64,000 nt of DNA, taken from contig OZ244855.1 of assembly GCA_965220975.1 (NCBI GenBank), positions 836,742-900,741 of the forward strand. Direction: 5' to 3'. This stretch comes from Candidatus Poriferihabitans sp. Its GTDB lineage: Bacteria; Pseudomonadota; Gammaproteobacteria; Arenicellales; Poriferihabitantaceae. The notes below the pieces were generated by a model. It was not told the origin of the DNA. It searched no databases and saw only the letters and a list, made by a program, of their open reading frames with translations. Shown here piece by piece: positions 30,521 through 39,799 of this stretch; position 1 is the first letter of the stretch, and each line of letters begins with the position of its first letter. Made by a program: the position numbers and the translations under genes.

Positions 30521-30742
30521 ATGATTAAACAACAAATCAAGAATGCGCTTGATGAATACATGGAGCAGTCGGACGAAAACATGCTTTGTAATTTGTACAA
30601 CATAGTGCTGGGTGAGGTCGAAAAAGTGCTACTTGAATCGGTCATGGAACGAGTCAATCATAATCAAACGCAAGCTGCCCGCCTGTTGGGTATTAATCGC
30701 AACACACTTCGTCGAAAACTGGAAAAGCATGATCTATCCTGA
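30521..30742 (+). CDS. fis: DNA-binding protein Fis
   Basis: C-terminal HNQTQAARLLGINRNTLRRKLEKH HTH. The internal ATG at 30521 gives a 73-aa Fis-sized product; the longer listed ORF start has AT-rich non-coding character. Confidence 0.8.
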   Translation: MIKQQIKNALDEYMEQSDENMLCNLYNIVLGEVEKVLLESVMERVNHNQTQAARLLGINRNTLRRKLEKHDLS

Positions 30743-30786
30743 AGAATTGATTGATCTTCTTCAAGCCCGACAAGGTCAGCGTTGAA

Positions 30787-32355
30787 ATGGTTAGACCAAT
30801 AAAAAGGGCTCTTGTCAGTGTTTCCGATAAGAGCGGACTGATTCCATTTGCTGATTTCCTGGTTAGTCGACACATTGAGATCATCTCTACTGGTGGAACC
30901 CAGACACATCTCAAGCAACACAATATTCCAGTTCTTGGAATTGATGAATACACTGGCTTTTCCGAGATCATGGGAGGTCGAGTCAAAACCCTGCACCCGA
31001 AAATACATGGGGGAATCCTGTCTCGCAGAGATGAAGATCGTGACGAGATGGAGCGTTGCCTGATTTCCGAGATAGACCTCGTCGTTGTTAACCTGTATCC
31101 ATTCGAAAAAACCATAGACAAACCGGACTCTACATTCGAAGACGCAATAGAAAATATCGACATTGGTGGCCCGGCCATGTTACGCGCCGCGGCCAAAAAC
31201 CATCGGCATGTTACCGTGATTTCAGATATTAGCGATTATGAGAGAGTCATGTCTGAAATGCTTGAAAATGAAGATAGAACTTCAGAAAACCTCCGTAAAT
31301 CACTCGCTGCAAAAGTGTTTCGGCATACAAGTCAATATGATAAGAATATAGCCAATTATCTGGACAGGGATTCATCCCATTCTCACTTGAACTTTCCTCC
31401 GGTTTTTCAGTCTCAATATGTGTTGAAGCAGACATTGAGATATGGTGAGAATCCACATCAAGAGGCAGCCTTCTATATTGATGAGAATCGAACAATGCCG
31501 AGTGTATCGACTGCCCAACTGCTGCAGGGTAAAGATTTATCTTTCAATAATATTGCAGATGCGGACGCTGCAATCCACTGTGTACTGCAATTTGATGAAG
31601 AACCCGCTTGTGTAATCGTGAAGCATGCTAATCCTTGTGGTGTCGCTTTGGCAGATTCGATTTGCAGTGCCTATGAACGAGCATATTCAACAGATCCAGA
31701 ATCTGCGTTTGGTGGAATTATTGCCTTCAATCAAGAGCTTGATCGTGATACCGCATCAACCATTCTTAATCGGCAGTTTGTTGAGGTCATTGTGGCTCCA
31801 AAAATCACCTCCGATGCATTGGAAGTGCTCGATACTAAATCCTCAATTCGTGTGCTCCAATTGGGAGATTGGAATCATGCCGACCCAAAGTCTCAGCAAA
31901 TGGATTTAAAAAAGGTTAGCGGTGGCCTGCTGATACAAACACCTGATGATAATTTGTATGAAAAATTCGAATGTGTAACCAAACGCTCTCCAACCGAGCA
32001 AGAGAGTCAGAATTTGCTGTTTGCCTGGAAAGTAGCCAAATTTGTGAAATCAAACGCGATTGTCTATGCTGGCAACAAAATGACCTTGGGGGTTGGCGCA
32101 GGACAAATGAGTCGTGTAAATTCCGCACGGATTGCTGGCATCAAGGCTTCACAAGCCGGTCTCGATATTGATGGAGCCATAATGTCATCCGATGCATTTT
32201 TTCCATTTCGTGATGGAATTGACAATGCTGCAAAATCCGGAATCAAGGCAATTATTCAACCTGGAGGATCGGTTCGAGACGATGAGGTGGTTGCAGCGGC
32301 AAACGAACATGAAATTGCGATGGTCTTTACCGGCATGCGCCATTTTCGGCATTAA
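30787..32355 (+). CDS. purH: Bifunctional AICAR transformylase / IMP cyclohydrolase
   Basis: [28 protein letters not shown] and the C-terminal QPGGSVRD...[11 protein letters not shown]. Confidence 0.92.
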   Translation: MVRPIKRALVSVSDKSGLIPFADFLVSRHIEIISTGGTQTHLKQHNIPVLGIDEYTGFSEIMGGRVKTLHPKIHGGILSRRDEDRDEMERCLISEIDLVVVNLYPFEKTIDKPDSTFEDAIENIDIGGPAMLRAAAKNHRHVTVISDISDYERVMSEMLENEDRTSENLRKSLAAKVFRHTSQYDKNIANYLDRDSSHSHLNFPPVFQSQYVLKQTLRYGENPHQEAAFYIDENRTMPSVSTAQLLQGKDLSFNNIADADAAIHCVLQFDEEPACVIVKHANPCGVALADSICSAYERAYSTDPESAFGGIIAFNQELDRDTASTILNRQFVEVIVAPKITSDALEVLDTKSSIRVLQLGDWNHADPKSQQMDLKKVSGGLLIQTPDDNLYEKFECVTKRSPTEQESQNLLFAWKVAKFVKSNAIVYAGNKMTLGVGAGQMSRVNSARIAGIKASQAGLDIDGAIMSSDAFFPFRDGIDNAAKSGIKAIIQPGGSVRDDEVVAAANEHEIAMVFTGMRHFRH

Positions 32356-32370
32356 AGAAAGGCAAACCGT

Positions 32371-33657
32371 TTGAAAAAAGTTCTTGTTATTGGTTCAGGA
32401 GGGCGAGAACATGCTTTGGCATGGAAAGCCGCATCATCGCCGGAAGTCTCTGCTGTTTTTGTTGCGCCGGGAAATGCCGGAACAGCTATGGAGCATAAGA
32501 CTACAAATATTCCTCTGAAAGAATCAGATTTCGACGGATTGACGAGTTTTGCGCTTGATGAACAGATTGACCTTGTGATTGTTGGGCCAGAAAACGCCTT
32601 GGTTGATGGAATTGTTGATCAGTTCAGGGACGTTGGAATATTTTGTTTTGGACCGAACAAAACTGCAGCCAAATTGGAGGGATCAAAAGCATTTTCCAAG
32701 GAGTTCATGACCCGTCACAATATCCCGACTGCCAGATTTCAATCCTTCACCAGTTCGAAAAAAGCCAAAGATTATCTCGATTATCAGAAGTTTCCATTGG
32801 TAGTGAAAGCGGATGGACTTGCGGCCGGGAAGGGTGTTGTCATTTGTCAGGATCGAAATCAGGCTGAACAGTGTATAGACGAGATGCTTTCTGGCAAACT
32901 GTTTAATAAGGCAAGTGAAAGAATTATCATCGAAGAATGCTTGCAGGGCGAGGAAGCTAGCTTCATTTGCATGGTGGATGGGCAGGATTTTTTGGTATTG
33001 GCATCAAGCCAAGATCACAAGGCCGCCCTAAACGGTGATCGTGGTCCCAATACTGGTGGCATGGGTGCCTATTCTCCGGCTCCTGTGATTGACGCCAAAA
33101 TGCAACGGAACGTGATTGAGCAAGTTATCGAACCAGCCACTAATGGACTTGTTAAAGAGGGTATCCTCTATACAGGATTCCTTTATGCAGGGCTCATGAT
33201 TCAAAATGATATCCCCCATGTTCTTGAATTCAACTGTCGAATGGGGGACCCGGAATCGCAAGTGATCATGACACGCATGAAATCTGATTTTGTGAAATTA
33301 TGTATGACTGCCTTACAAGGTCGTCTTGGTGAAGCACAGATTGATTGGTATCGAGAGACTGCTCTTGGAGTAGTCATGGCATCTGGGGGATATCCAGGAA
33401 GTTATGAAAAAGGGCATGAAATACATGGGCTTGAAACTGTCTTCTGTAATAACATCAAAGTTTTTCATGCAGGCACAAAATTGATCAATGGGCGTGTCGA
33501 GACTTCTGGTGGCCGAGTCCTTTGCGTCACAGCATTATCGGACAACATCCTCCATGCCCAGAATGATGCTTACGGAGCTGCATCGTCAATTCGCTGGGAA
33601 GGTAGTTGGTACCGTGATGATATAGGATATCGAGCTATAAATCGGTTTTCAGACTAA
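32371..33657 (+). CDS. purD: Phosphoribosylamine--glycine ligase
   Basis: KVLVIGSGGREHALAWK, VVKADGLAAGKGV, EFNCRMGDPE. TTG start. Confidence 0.9.
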   Translation: MKKVLVIGSGGREHALAWKAASSPEVSAVFVAPGNAGTAMEHKTTNIPLKESDFDGLTSFALDEQIDLVIVGPENALVDGIVDQFRDVGIFCFGPNKTAAKLEGSKAFSKEFMTRHNIPTARFQSFTSSKKAKDYLDYQKFPLVVKADGLAAGKGVVICQDRNQAEQCIDEMLSGKLFNKASERIIIEECLQGEEASFICMVDGQDFLVLASSQDHKAALNGDRGPNTGGMGAYSPAPVIDAKMQRNVIEQVIEPATNGLVKEGILYTGFLYAGLMIQNDIPHVLEFNCRMGDPESQVIMTRMKSDFVKLCMTALQGRLGEAQIDWYRETALGVVMASGGYPGSYEKGHEIHGLETVFCNNIKVFHAGTKLINGRVETSGGRVLCVTALSDNILHAQNDAYGAASSIRWEGSWYRDDIGYRAINRFSD

Positions 33658-33710
33658 ATCTGAATTTTTTCATCCGCACAAAGTAGTTATTTTTCTAATC
33701 CTCTCTCGGT

Positions 33711-33739
33711 TTCCAAAATAGCAGGGCATTATTTTGGAA
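33711..33739. repeat. 10-bp perfect AT-rich hairpin (ttccaaaata-N9-tattttggaa) between convergent purD and the ATPase gene
   Basis: Read directly. There is no T-run, so terminator function is uncertain. Confidence 0.4.
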
Positions 33740-33817
33740 ATCCCCATTCAACTATGAAGTGGGGGTACTCAAAGCTGGAAAAAGGTCACGATTGGGTTTG
33801 GATTTGTGAGTTATTTC

Positions 33818-34972
33818 CTAAACATATTCACGGTTCCAGAGGCGACGCAAAAATTCCTCCCAGTGTTGGTGTTGTATGCCGTTATCAAACGATGCGCTTG
33901 TCGAATCCCTAGAGACCACCAGCAGGTGTTTCCATTGTCTTTCCTTGTTTAGAGCAAGTAGACCTTTGTGGTCTCGTTTGCTGACTGACTTTCCACTTTT
34001 TACTTCAATGGCGATTTCATCACCAATTACGAAATCGACTTCAGCTCCAGCTCGTGTACGCCAAAATTGCAAAGGCAGTCGAATCCGACTGTAACTAAGA
34101 AATGCACGAAGTTCACAGGCGATGAAATGCTCAAATGCCATACCAAAAAGATCGCTGCCGGAATCAAGAGACCGAGTATCTCGCAAGGCATTGACGATAC
34201 CCGTATCGAAGAGATAAAACTTGTTGGTTTGCACGAACTTGCGGGCTTGTGAACCTCGCCAAGGCGGTACTTGAAACCCAATTAGCGTATCGATGAGAAT
34301 CTGATAATAGTCTCGGACAGTATTCGGCGAAAGCTGAGCATCGTTGGCAACTTTTGCATAATTCAGGACCTTGGCATTATTGAATGCTACGCTTTGTAAA
34401 AATCTCGTGTAATTTGGCAAACTTCGAACGAGGCCCTCAAACTGAATTTCTTCCTTCAGATAAGTATCAACATAAGCGTATAGGTAGTCCTCTCCATGCT
34501 CACCGAGAAAAGCGGTGGGAAGCCCGCCAAGTCGAAGGTAGCGGTGCAAATCGAATCGATCGTAATAAGACAACTCGAACCATGTGAACGGAAAAATTTC
34601 TGCCCGAAATGCTCTCCCTGCAAGTAAATTCACTCCTTTTCGTCGTAAGCTTCGTGCACTGCTACCAGTGAGCAGAAAGCGCTGGCCTTCAGTTTCGATA
34701 GCGCGATGTACTTCATTGAGCAATTCCGGGATTCGCTGAATTTCATCGATAACGATGAATGGTTTCGAAATCAACGAATGCAACAATGCAGGGTCTGACT
34801 TTAGGTGCAAATACGTTCTAGAATCGAGCAAATCGATATAGTCTGCCGCTTTGAGGCAGCTCGAACAGATCAGGAAGCTCTTGCCACTTCCTCGTGGTCC
34901 AAACAGGAAATGCGAGGAACGGCCCAGCAATTCCATGAGGTCTAGTTGACGCCTAATCATGAATATACGCAA
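33818..34972 (-). CDS. AAA-type ATPase with C-terminal DUF4143-like domain, function unknown
   Basis: Walker A FGPRGSGKSF and Walker B-like FIVIDEIQRIPEL; 384 aa architecture typical of this widespread orphan family. Confidence 0.7.
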   Translation of the reverse strand: MRIFMIRRQLDLMELLGRSSHFLFGPRGSGKSFLICSSCLKAADYIDLLDSRTYLHLKSDPALLHSLISKPFIVIDEIQRIPELLNEVHRAIETEGQRFLLTGSSARSLRRKGVNLLAGRAFRAEIFPFTWFELSYYDRFDLHRYLRLGGLPTAFLGEHGEDYLYAYVDTYLKEEIQFEGLVRSLPNYTRFLQSVAFNNAKVLNYAKVANDAQLSPNTVRDYYQILIDTLIGFQVPPWRGSQARKFVQTNKFYLFDTGIVNALRDTRSLDSGSDLFGMAFEHFIACELRAFLSYSRIRLPLQFWRTRAGAEVDFVIGDEIAIEVKSGKSVSKRDHKGLLALNKERQWKHLLVVSRDSTSASFDNGIQHQHWEEFLRRLWNREYV

Positions 34973-35100
34973 TTGTTTCGTGGATATTTATGAATTATCC
35001 CCGAAATGACTATGGATATGCAACAATTAATTTTCGAGAATTATCCGTATTTTTTGAGCCATCATGAATCATTGCGCTCTCAGTCTTATTTGCTGGAAAC

Positions 35101-35245
35101 GAGTTATGATCGAGAGTAGTGCGCGGGTCGGAAAGGGGTTGAAAAAAGCGGCGTAGCCGGATTAACTATTTGATTAACAAAAAAGTTAACCGAAGATGCC
35201 TGTCACCATTCTTTATGCGTAAGCGATGATAAAGTTCCCTGTGAA
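35101..35245 (+). mobile_element. Truncated left end of an IS256-family element (solo terminal inverted repeat plus 5' UTR remnant)
   Basis: gagttatgatcgagagtagtgcgcgggtcggaaaggggttgaaaaaagcggcgtagccggattaacta is about 85-90 percent identical by eye to 60169..60236 of the intact IS. Similarity fades around the transposase start. Confidence 0.7.
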
Positions 35246-35273
35246 AAATTGTAACCAGATAATGAAAAACTCA

Positions 35274-35561
35274 CTAGTCCACCGATATAAAGTAGGCGGC
35301 GCATCCAATCAGGGCACTTGGGAACGCCGTTGCCCCGCCGACCATTATCATGGTAGCGTTGTTGATTCTTTTCTCCCGATCCAACCTGTCGGTCTTCCGA
35401 TTGGCCATGTCGGTCCGCAACCGCTCGAAAGTCGCGTTCATGCGCTCGAGCGCGGTTTCCGTTTCAGCTTGTTTCATGTTCATCTTCTTCTCCAGCACGG
35501 TGTGCTGTTTCTTCAACTCGGCAAGGTCTTTTTCCCATTCGTGAATAGTCGGTTCGGTCAT
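35274..35561 (-). CDS. Small hypothetical coiled-coil protein with C-terminal hydrophobic segment
   Basis: 95-aa ORF with charged heptad-like sequence, then IMVGGATAFPSALIGCAAYFI. There is a weak GGAG upstream. I recognise no family. Confidence 0.35.
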   Translation of the reverse strand: MTEPTIHEWEKDLAELKKQHTVLEKKMNMKQAETETALERMNATFERLRTDMANRKTDRLDREKRINNATMIMVGGATAFPSALIGCAAYFISVD

Positions 35562-35915
35562 TGTAAATATGCTCCATTGAAAAGACCATCATGCAGAACC
35601 GTGAATCGGAACAGGTTGCTGCATACAATGCCCGAAGCGGTTTCCGGGCGTCCAGGGATGCCCGAACACGGGGCTCGTCAGCACCCAAAATCCTGATGAT
35701 AGCTCGAGGAGAAAGCCATGGTGTCGCTTCGTAATCTTTTTTTGGAAGCCGGTTCATCTTCCGTTTGTCGAGCTGGCATATGGAGTTCCTCCCATGTGAA
35801 AGCATGTGGCAACCAGCAAAAAAGCCCGTTGCCGACCATTCGCCCGTTATCCATGATTCAGCAAATCGGCTGTAAATCATGGATCTGCCAGTCATGAAAA
35901 ACACGATTCAAACCG

Positions 35916-35924
35916 TGTTAGAAT
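35916..35924 (+). promoter_or_regulatory. Candidate extended -10 element (tgttagaat) for the 35957 gene
   Basis: TGnTAnnnT pattern 33 nt upstream of the ATG. The equivalent position is conserved at 692..701. Confidence 0.35.
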
Positions 35925-35956
35925 ACCTCAATCATTAATTCATTCGGAGATTGAAC

Positions 35957-36633
35957 ATGCTCAAGTTAACGACATTGCCCCCCCCCTCGCTAAACTAGCA
36001 ACACTCCTGCTCCTGGCGATGCTGGCCGGGCCGGTCGTGGCGCAGACGACCGTCACAAGCGCCGGACGGGAAGGCCCGACCGCTTGCCTGCAGGATAAGC
36101 CTGATCAGTCTGAGGTCGATGCCGAGAATTTCCCCATCACGGCCTTGTCCACAACCAGCGTGGCCGTCACTAATCCACAATTAATATGGAACCAATACAC
36201 CGGGAGGCTTGGCGATACGACACCACCCACAACAACCTCAGCGTTTGTCCAGATTTTCAACGCCCGCACAAATGCAAGTGTAGCGAGACGATCTGTGGGA
36301 ACCTTGAGTGGCACCCAAACGACTGTGGCCAACACAAGCCGAAGCATAAGTGGTCTGGTTGCGAAGACCAGCTATCATGTGGAATTTTATGTGGGTGCGA
36401 CAGGATCTATTCCGAAACAGGTGTTTGCCCGCCGCTGCTTCATGACCGGCGGCAACTACACCATGAATGTAGACCCTAATAGTACGCAAGGCCGGAGTAG
36501 CGGGTGCTTCTCGATCAGCCCCCTGACCCAGCAGCATGTCCGCAACTGCTGGTGCGGGCGCAAGACCACCCTGCCCCTGTTCCGTTCAACCCAGGACAAC
36601 ACCAATTTCCTGAACCGGTGGGGATGCCGATAG
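35957..36633 (+). CDS. Secreted hypothetical protein with A-type poly-C leader, out of frame as sequenced (phase-OFF); mature part has an FN3-like motif
   Basis: The ATG at 35957 reads MLKLTTLPPPSLN-stop with C9. One extra C would give MLKLTTLPPPLAKLATLLLLAMLAGPVVAQ..., joining the 36019..36633 ORF. GGAG RBS. ISGLVAKTSYHVEFYV resembles an FN3 strand pattern. Confidence 0.6.
35978..35986 (+). repeat. C9 homopolymer in the leader coding region
   Basis: Counted directly from the sequence. Confidence 0.95.
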
Positions 36634-36877
36634 CGGAGGGAGAGCCTGCACAGGGCCGAGGAAGGAAAGGGGACTTCCCTTTCCTCCACGCTGCTGGACG
36701 CCCTGGAGCAGCTGGCCCTGGGGCGGCCGAGATTGACGAACCGGACGGGCGGGAAGCTGTTTCGTTGCTTTCGCATGTCATTTCAAATCTGACGCCAGGA
36801 GAGGCCCTGTGAGCGCGTTTTGAGGGTTTGGAGGACAGTTTCACCCTTGAGAATCAGGATTCCCGTCTGCGACGAAC

Positions 36878-37178
36878 CTACGTCTGGGGTTGATCCATCC
36901 AGTTTTCGCGCTGATGGCGGACCCGCAACACGAACACCGTCTCGTCCTTTTCTAGCAGCGTGTAGACAATCAGATGCCATTGTGCTCGGCACGAGACGGA
37001 CCGGAGAGGTGATCTCGTATCGCAACCGGGCCATGCGGGGATGCTCGGACAAGAAACGAAAGCTCTTGTCCGGTCCGCGTTTGTAGCGTTCCGCCTGCGT
37101 CAGCCCGTAATGCTGAATGCCGTACCGGAAAATGCCGAGTAGATCATTCTCGGCTTCGCGTGAAAACTTAATCGCCAA
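36878..37178 (-). pseudogene. parE: ParE-family toxin gene with a single frameshift
   Basis: The N-terminal frame reads (L)AIKFSREAENDLLGIFRYGIQHYGLTQAERY...EITSPVRLVPS. The canonical C-terminus WHLIVYTLLEKDETVFVLRVRHQRENW-stop is in another frame, with the switch near 36983..36988. The 196-aa listed ORF is a GC-driven read-through. Confidence 0.55.
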
Positions 37179-37419
37179 GCACGGCCGGGACCGACCTTGA
37201 TGCCGCTGTCCAGATCTCGTCCAGACTCTGCCGGCCGGCACCACTCGCGAAGGCTTCGTCAACCCGCTTCTGCATGGCCGCGATCTTCCCGCCCCGGGCC
37301 TGATCATGACGGACCAGCTCGCGCACATACTCGCTGGCGTTGTCATAACGCCCCGTTTCGGCTTGTCCCTCAACCCAGTCCTTCAGCGCACTGGGCAGGG
37401 AAATGTTCAGGCTTGCCAT
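37168..37419 (-). CDS. parD: ParD-family (RHH) antitoxin
   Basis: MASLNISLPSALKDWVEGQAETGRYDNASEYVRELVRHDQ is a near-textbook ParD N-terminus. Its stop overlaps the parE TTG start. Confidence 0.8.
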   Translation of the reverse strand: MASLNISLPSALKDWVEGQAETGRYDNASEYVRELVRHDQARGGKIAAMQKRVDEAFASGAGRQSLDEIWTAASRSVPAVLGD

Positions 37420-38025
37420 AATCCAATTCTAGTTTGCTGTTTCATGTTTCTCTCCGAAGTAGAACGATGTTCCGCCATTGCACCCAATTCAGGTAACAAA
37501 TTGTCAAGCGAAAAATCGGGAGGATTCTTAAGCTGGGCCGCTGCCGAAATTCGGGGAAATATCACCATCAGAAAATTGTTTTGTGTGCTTTTTGTACAAA
37601 CTTTTGTAGCTAAGGGACTAAAAATGAATGGTGGTTTATGAATAAATCAAGAACAGCAAGTACTGAATAATCGTATAGAAGAAAACCACTATTACCACAA
37701 AGAATATTGCTTAATCAGAGATTTCTCAAGAGGATGTTTAAACTGCAAATCCGATGGTCTGGAAGAGAGCATCCCAGAAACTTGTCGTCAGCTCTCTATC
37801 GGCCTTTTGAATTCATCATGCAAATATTTTCACATGGCAAACCGGATTAGCATACAATTATCCTTGAAAATGTTGAAATGCTTTAGACGAATTAGTCCAT
37901 GAGAAACAACCGATTCTGTCTTTTGAGAATGCAAGAAAATCGGGTCAGTTATCATCGATTGATGTTGCTTGGCAATCCTTCAAACGCAACAATAAATTTA
38001 CTGTTTCAATAATCAATTTATCAAT

Positions 38026-38535
38026 ATGAGTAATTCATTTGTTTGTATAGTTATGGGTTCTGATTCGGACCTGCCGGTAATGAAATCAACCTTTGATGTG
38101 CTTGATGAACTCGGTGTCAATTGGGAAGCCCATGTAACATCAGCTCACCGCACGCCAGACAGGACCCATGAAATCATTCGAGACGCTGAAAACCGTGGTT
38201 GTGCTGTTTTCATATCGGCGGCTGGACTCGCTGCCCATCTCGGTGGCGTAGTGGCGAGCCTGACCGTTCGACCAGTCATTGGTGTACCGATGGACGGAGG
38301 CCCATTGAATGGTCATGATGCTTTGCTGTCTACAGTTCAGATGCCTGGTGGGATACCGGTTGCTTGCGTCGCTATAGGAAAAGCAGGAGCAAAAAATGCT
38401 GGATTCCTAGCGGCTCAGATTATCGGTGTCGCTGATTCTGAAATTGCCCAAAAGGTTCGAGACCAACGAGAGAAAAACGTCAAGGAGATCATTCATAAGG
38501 ATCAGGCCCTGCAAAAAGAAATCGAACGGCGTTGA
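38026..38535 (+). CDS. purE: 5-(carboxyamino)imidazole ribonucleotide mutase
   Basis: IVMGSDSDLPVM...SAHRTPD...GLAAHLGGVVAS...PVIGVP motifs. Confidence 0.9.
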   Translation: MSNSFVCIVMGSDSDLPVMKSTFDVLDELGVNWEAHVTSAHRTPDRTHEIIRDAENRGCAVFISAAGLAAHLGGVVASLTVRPVIGVPMDGGPLNGHDALLSTVQMPGGIPVACVAIGKAGAKNAGFLAAQIIGVADSEIAQKVRDQREKNVKEIIHKDQALQKEIERR

Positions 38536-39086
38536 GCCTTGTTTCAATAGCTCAAGGCGCTCGCATAATTCGTAGCGGGGGCGTTGTCGCCTATCCCACA
38601 GAGGGGTGTTACGGGCTGGGTTGCAATCCGATGGATGCCGATGCAGTCCAACGAATTCTTCGTATGAAAAGACGGCATTTTAGCAAAGGGTTAATCCTGA
38701 TCAGTGATCATATCAAGCGACTTGAATCGTATTTTTCCTTTTTGCCAGAAATTACTCGCGATGAAATTCTGCTAAGTTGGCCTGGACCGGTGACCTGGCT
38801 TTTACCGGCTCGAAAAAATGTCTCGAAGCTTATTCGTGGGGAGCATCAGAGCGTAGCTTTGAGAGTATCAGATTACCTACTGGTTAGAATGCTATGTCGG
38901 GAATGCAGCATGGCTATAGTTTCAACTAGTGCAAACCGTTCATCCTATCAACCCCATCGCTTGCAAAAGACGGTATTGGAAGAATTTAAAGACGATGTTG
39001 ATGGTATAGTGAGGGGAAGAGTTGGTCAGCGCCGAACACCATCGGTCATTCGCAATGGGCTGGATGGCAATACAATTCGCTTCTAG
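38532..39086 (+). CDS. tsaC: L-threonylcarbamoyladenylate synthase type 1 (YrdC/TsaC)
   Basis: VVAYPTEGCYGLGCNP...KGLILIS...STSANRS motifs. The TTG start overlaps the purE stop. Confidence 0.8.
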   Translation: MSLVSIAQGARIIRSGGVVAYPTEGCYGLGCNPMDADAVQRILRMKRRHFSKGLILISDHIKRLESYFSFLPEITRDEILLSWPGPVTWLLPARKNVSKLIRGEHQSVALRVSDYLLVRMLCRECSMAIVSTSANRSSYQPHRLQKTVLEEFKDDVDGIVRGRVGQRRTPSVIRNGLDGNTIRF

Positions 39087-39799
39087 CAAATATTTCACGC
39101 ATGCCGTGGAAAGGCACATGGTAAAGTTGGGTAACTAATCATGGGGTAGAGAATGTCACACACTCCTCTTATGACCTTAGGTGGCTATAGCTTTGAAAAT
39201 CATTGCCGTAGCAGAAACCAAACCAGACATGCCATTACTTAGGTTGTATATGGCCGTGTTTAGCCCGATGGGCGCGCGTCACGAATCGTTGCAATAGTCC
39301 GGGCGAGTACTATCCATTATTAAACTACCTGTACCGTCGTAGGTCTAGTTGTTGGATGCGTCTCGCCTGCCGCAAAATCAATTGCGTACCAATTTGTTGT
39401 CAGACCAAAACTCGAAGCATCCGCTCGAACTATTACCGTGGCGGGAGCCAAAGGAGATGTTCAGGTCGGGGGGCGCAGTGTTCCACTTCATGGTGGAATG
39501 GGGGATATATTATAATCAACAAATTATACTGGTTTTATTTTTCAACATTGGGACAGCAGTAAAACCCCTTATTACATGGCTGGCGTGGTGACTGAAAAAC
39601 CAATAAACGAACGTTTCTGTAAAAAACCTTTATCCTCGTATTTCCAATGAGCTGGTCTTGTCCACAAAGCCTGTAACTTTCAGTATATCCACTAGCGTAT
39701 TGTGATCGTGCTTCCTTACTCCCAAAAGTATGCGGCATTTATCTTGTCGCTTGCAAGTTCGAATTTCTAGTTTCATGTTTTCTAAGTTAGGGTTCTTTG

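Noticed and set aside
590-35986. The possibility that the long C/G homopolymers are cloning (dG/dC tailing), sequencing or chimeric-assembly artefacts
   Set aside because: The tracts sit inside conserved reading frames, encode prolines at the same position of paralogous signal peptides, and are flanked by conserved sequence on both sides. An artefact cannot be fully excluded without read data.
36783-37373. 196-aa minus-strand ORF spanning the parE region and overlapping parD
   Set aside because: It is a GC-driven read-through. Only its middle matches ParE, its C-terminal part is the wrong frame of parE, and its N-terminal part overlaps parD out of frame.
39293-39310. agtccgggc motif resembling the conserved GAAAGUCCGGGC of RNase P RNA
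   Set aside because: A 9-mer is expected by chance at this window size. None of the other universally conserved RNase P segments (for example the ACAGAA..GGCUUA region) is found nearby.
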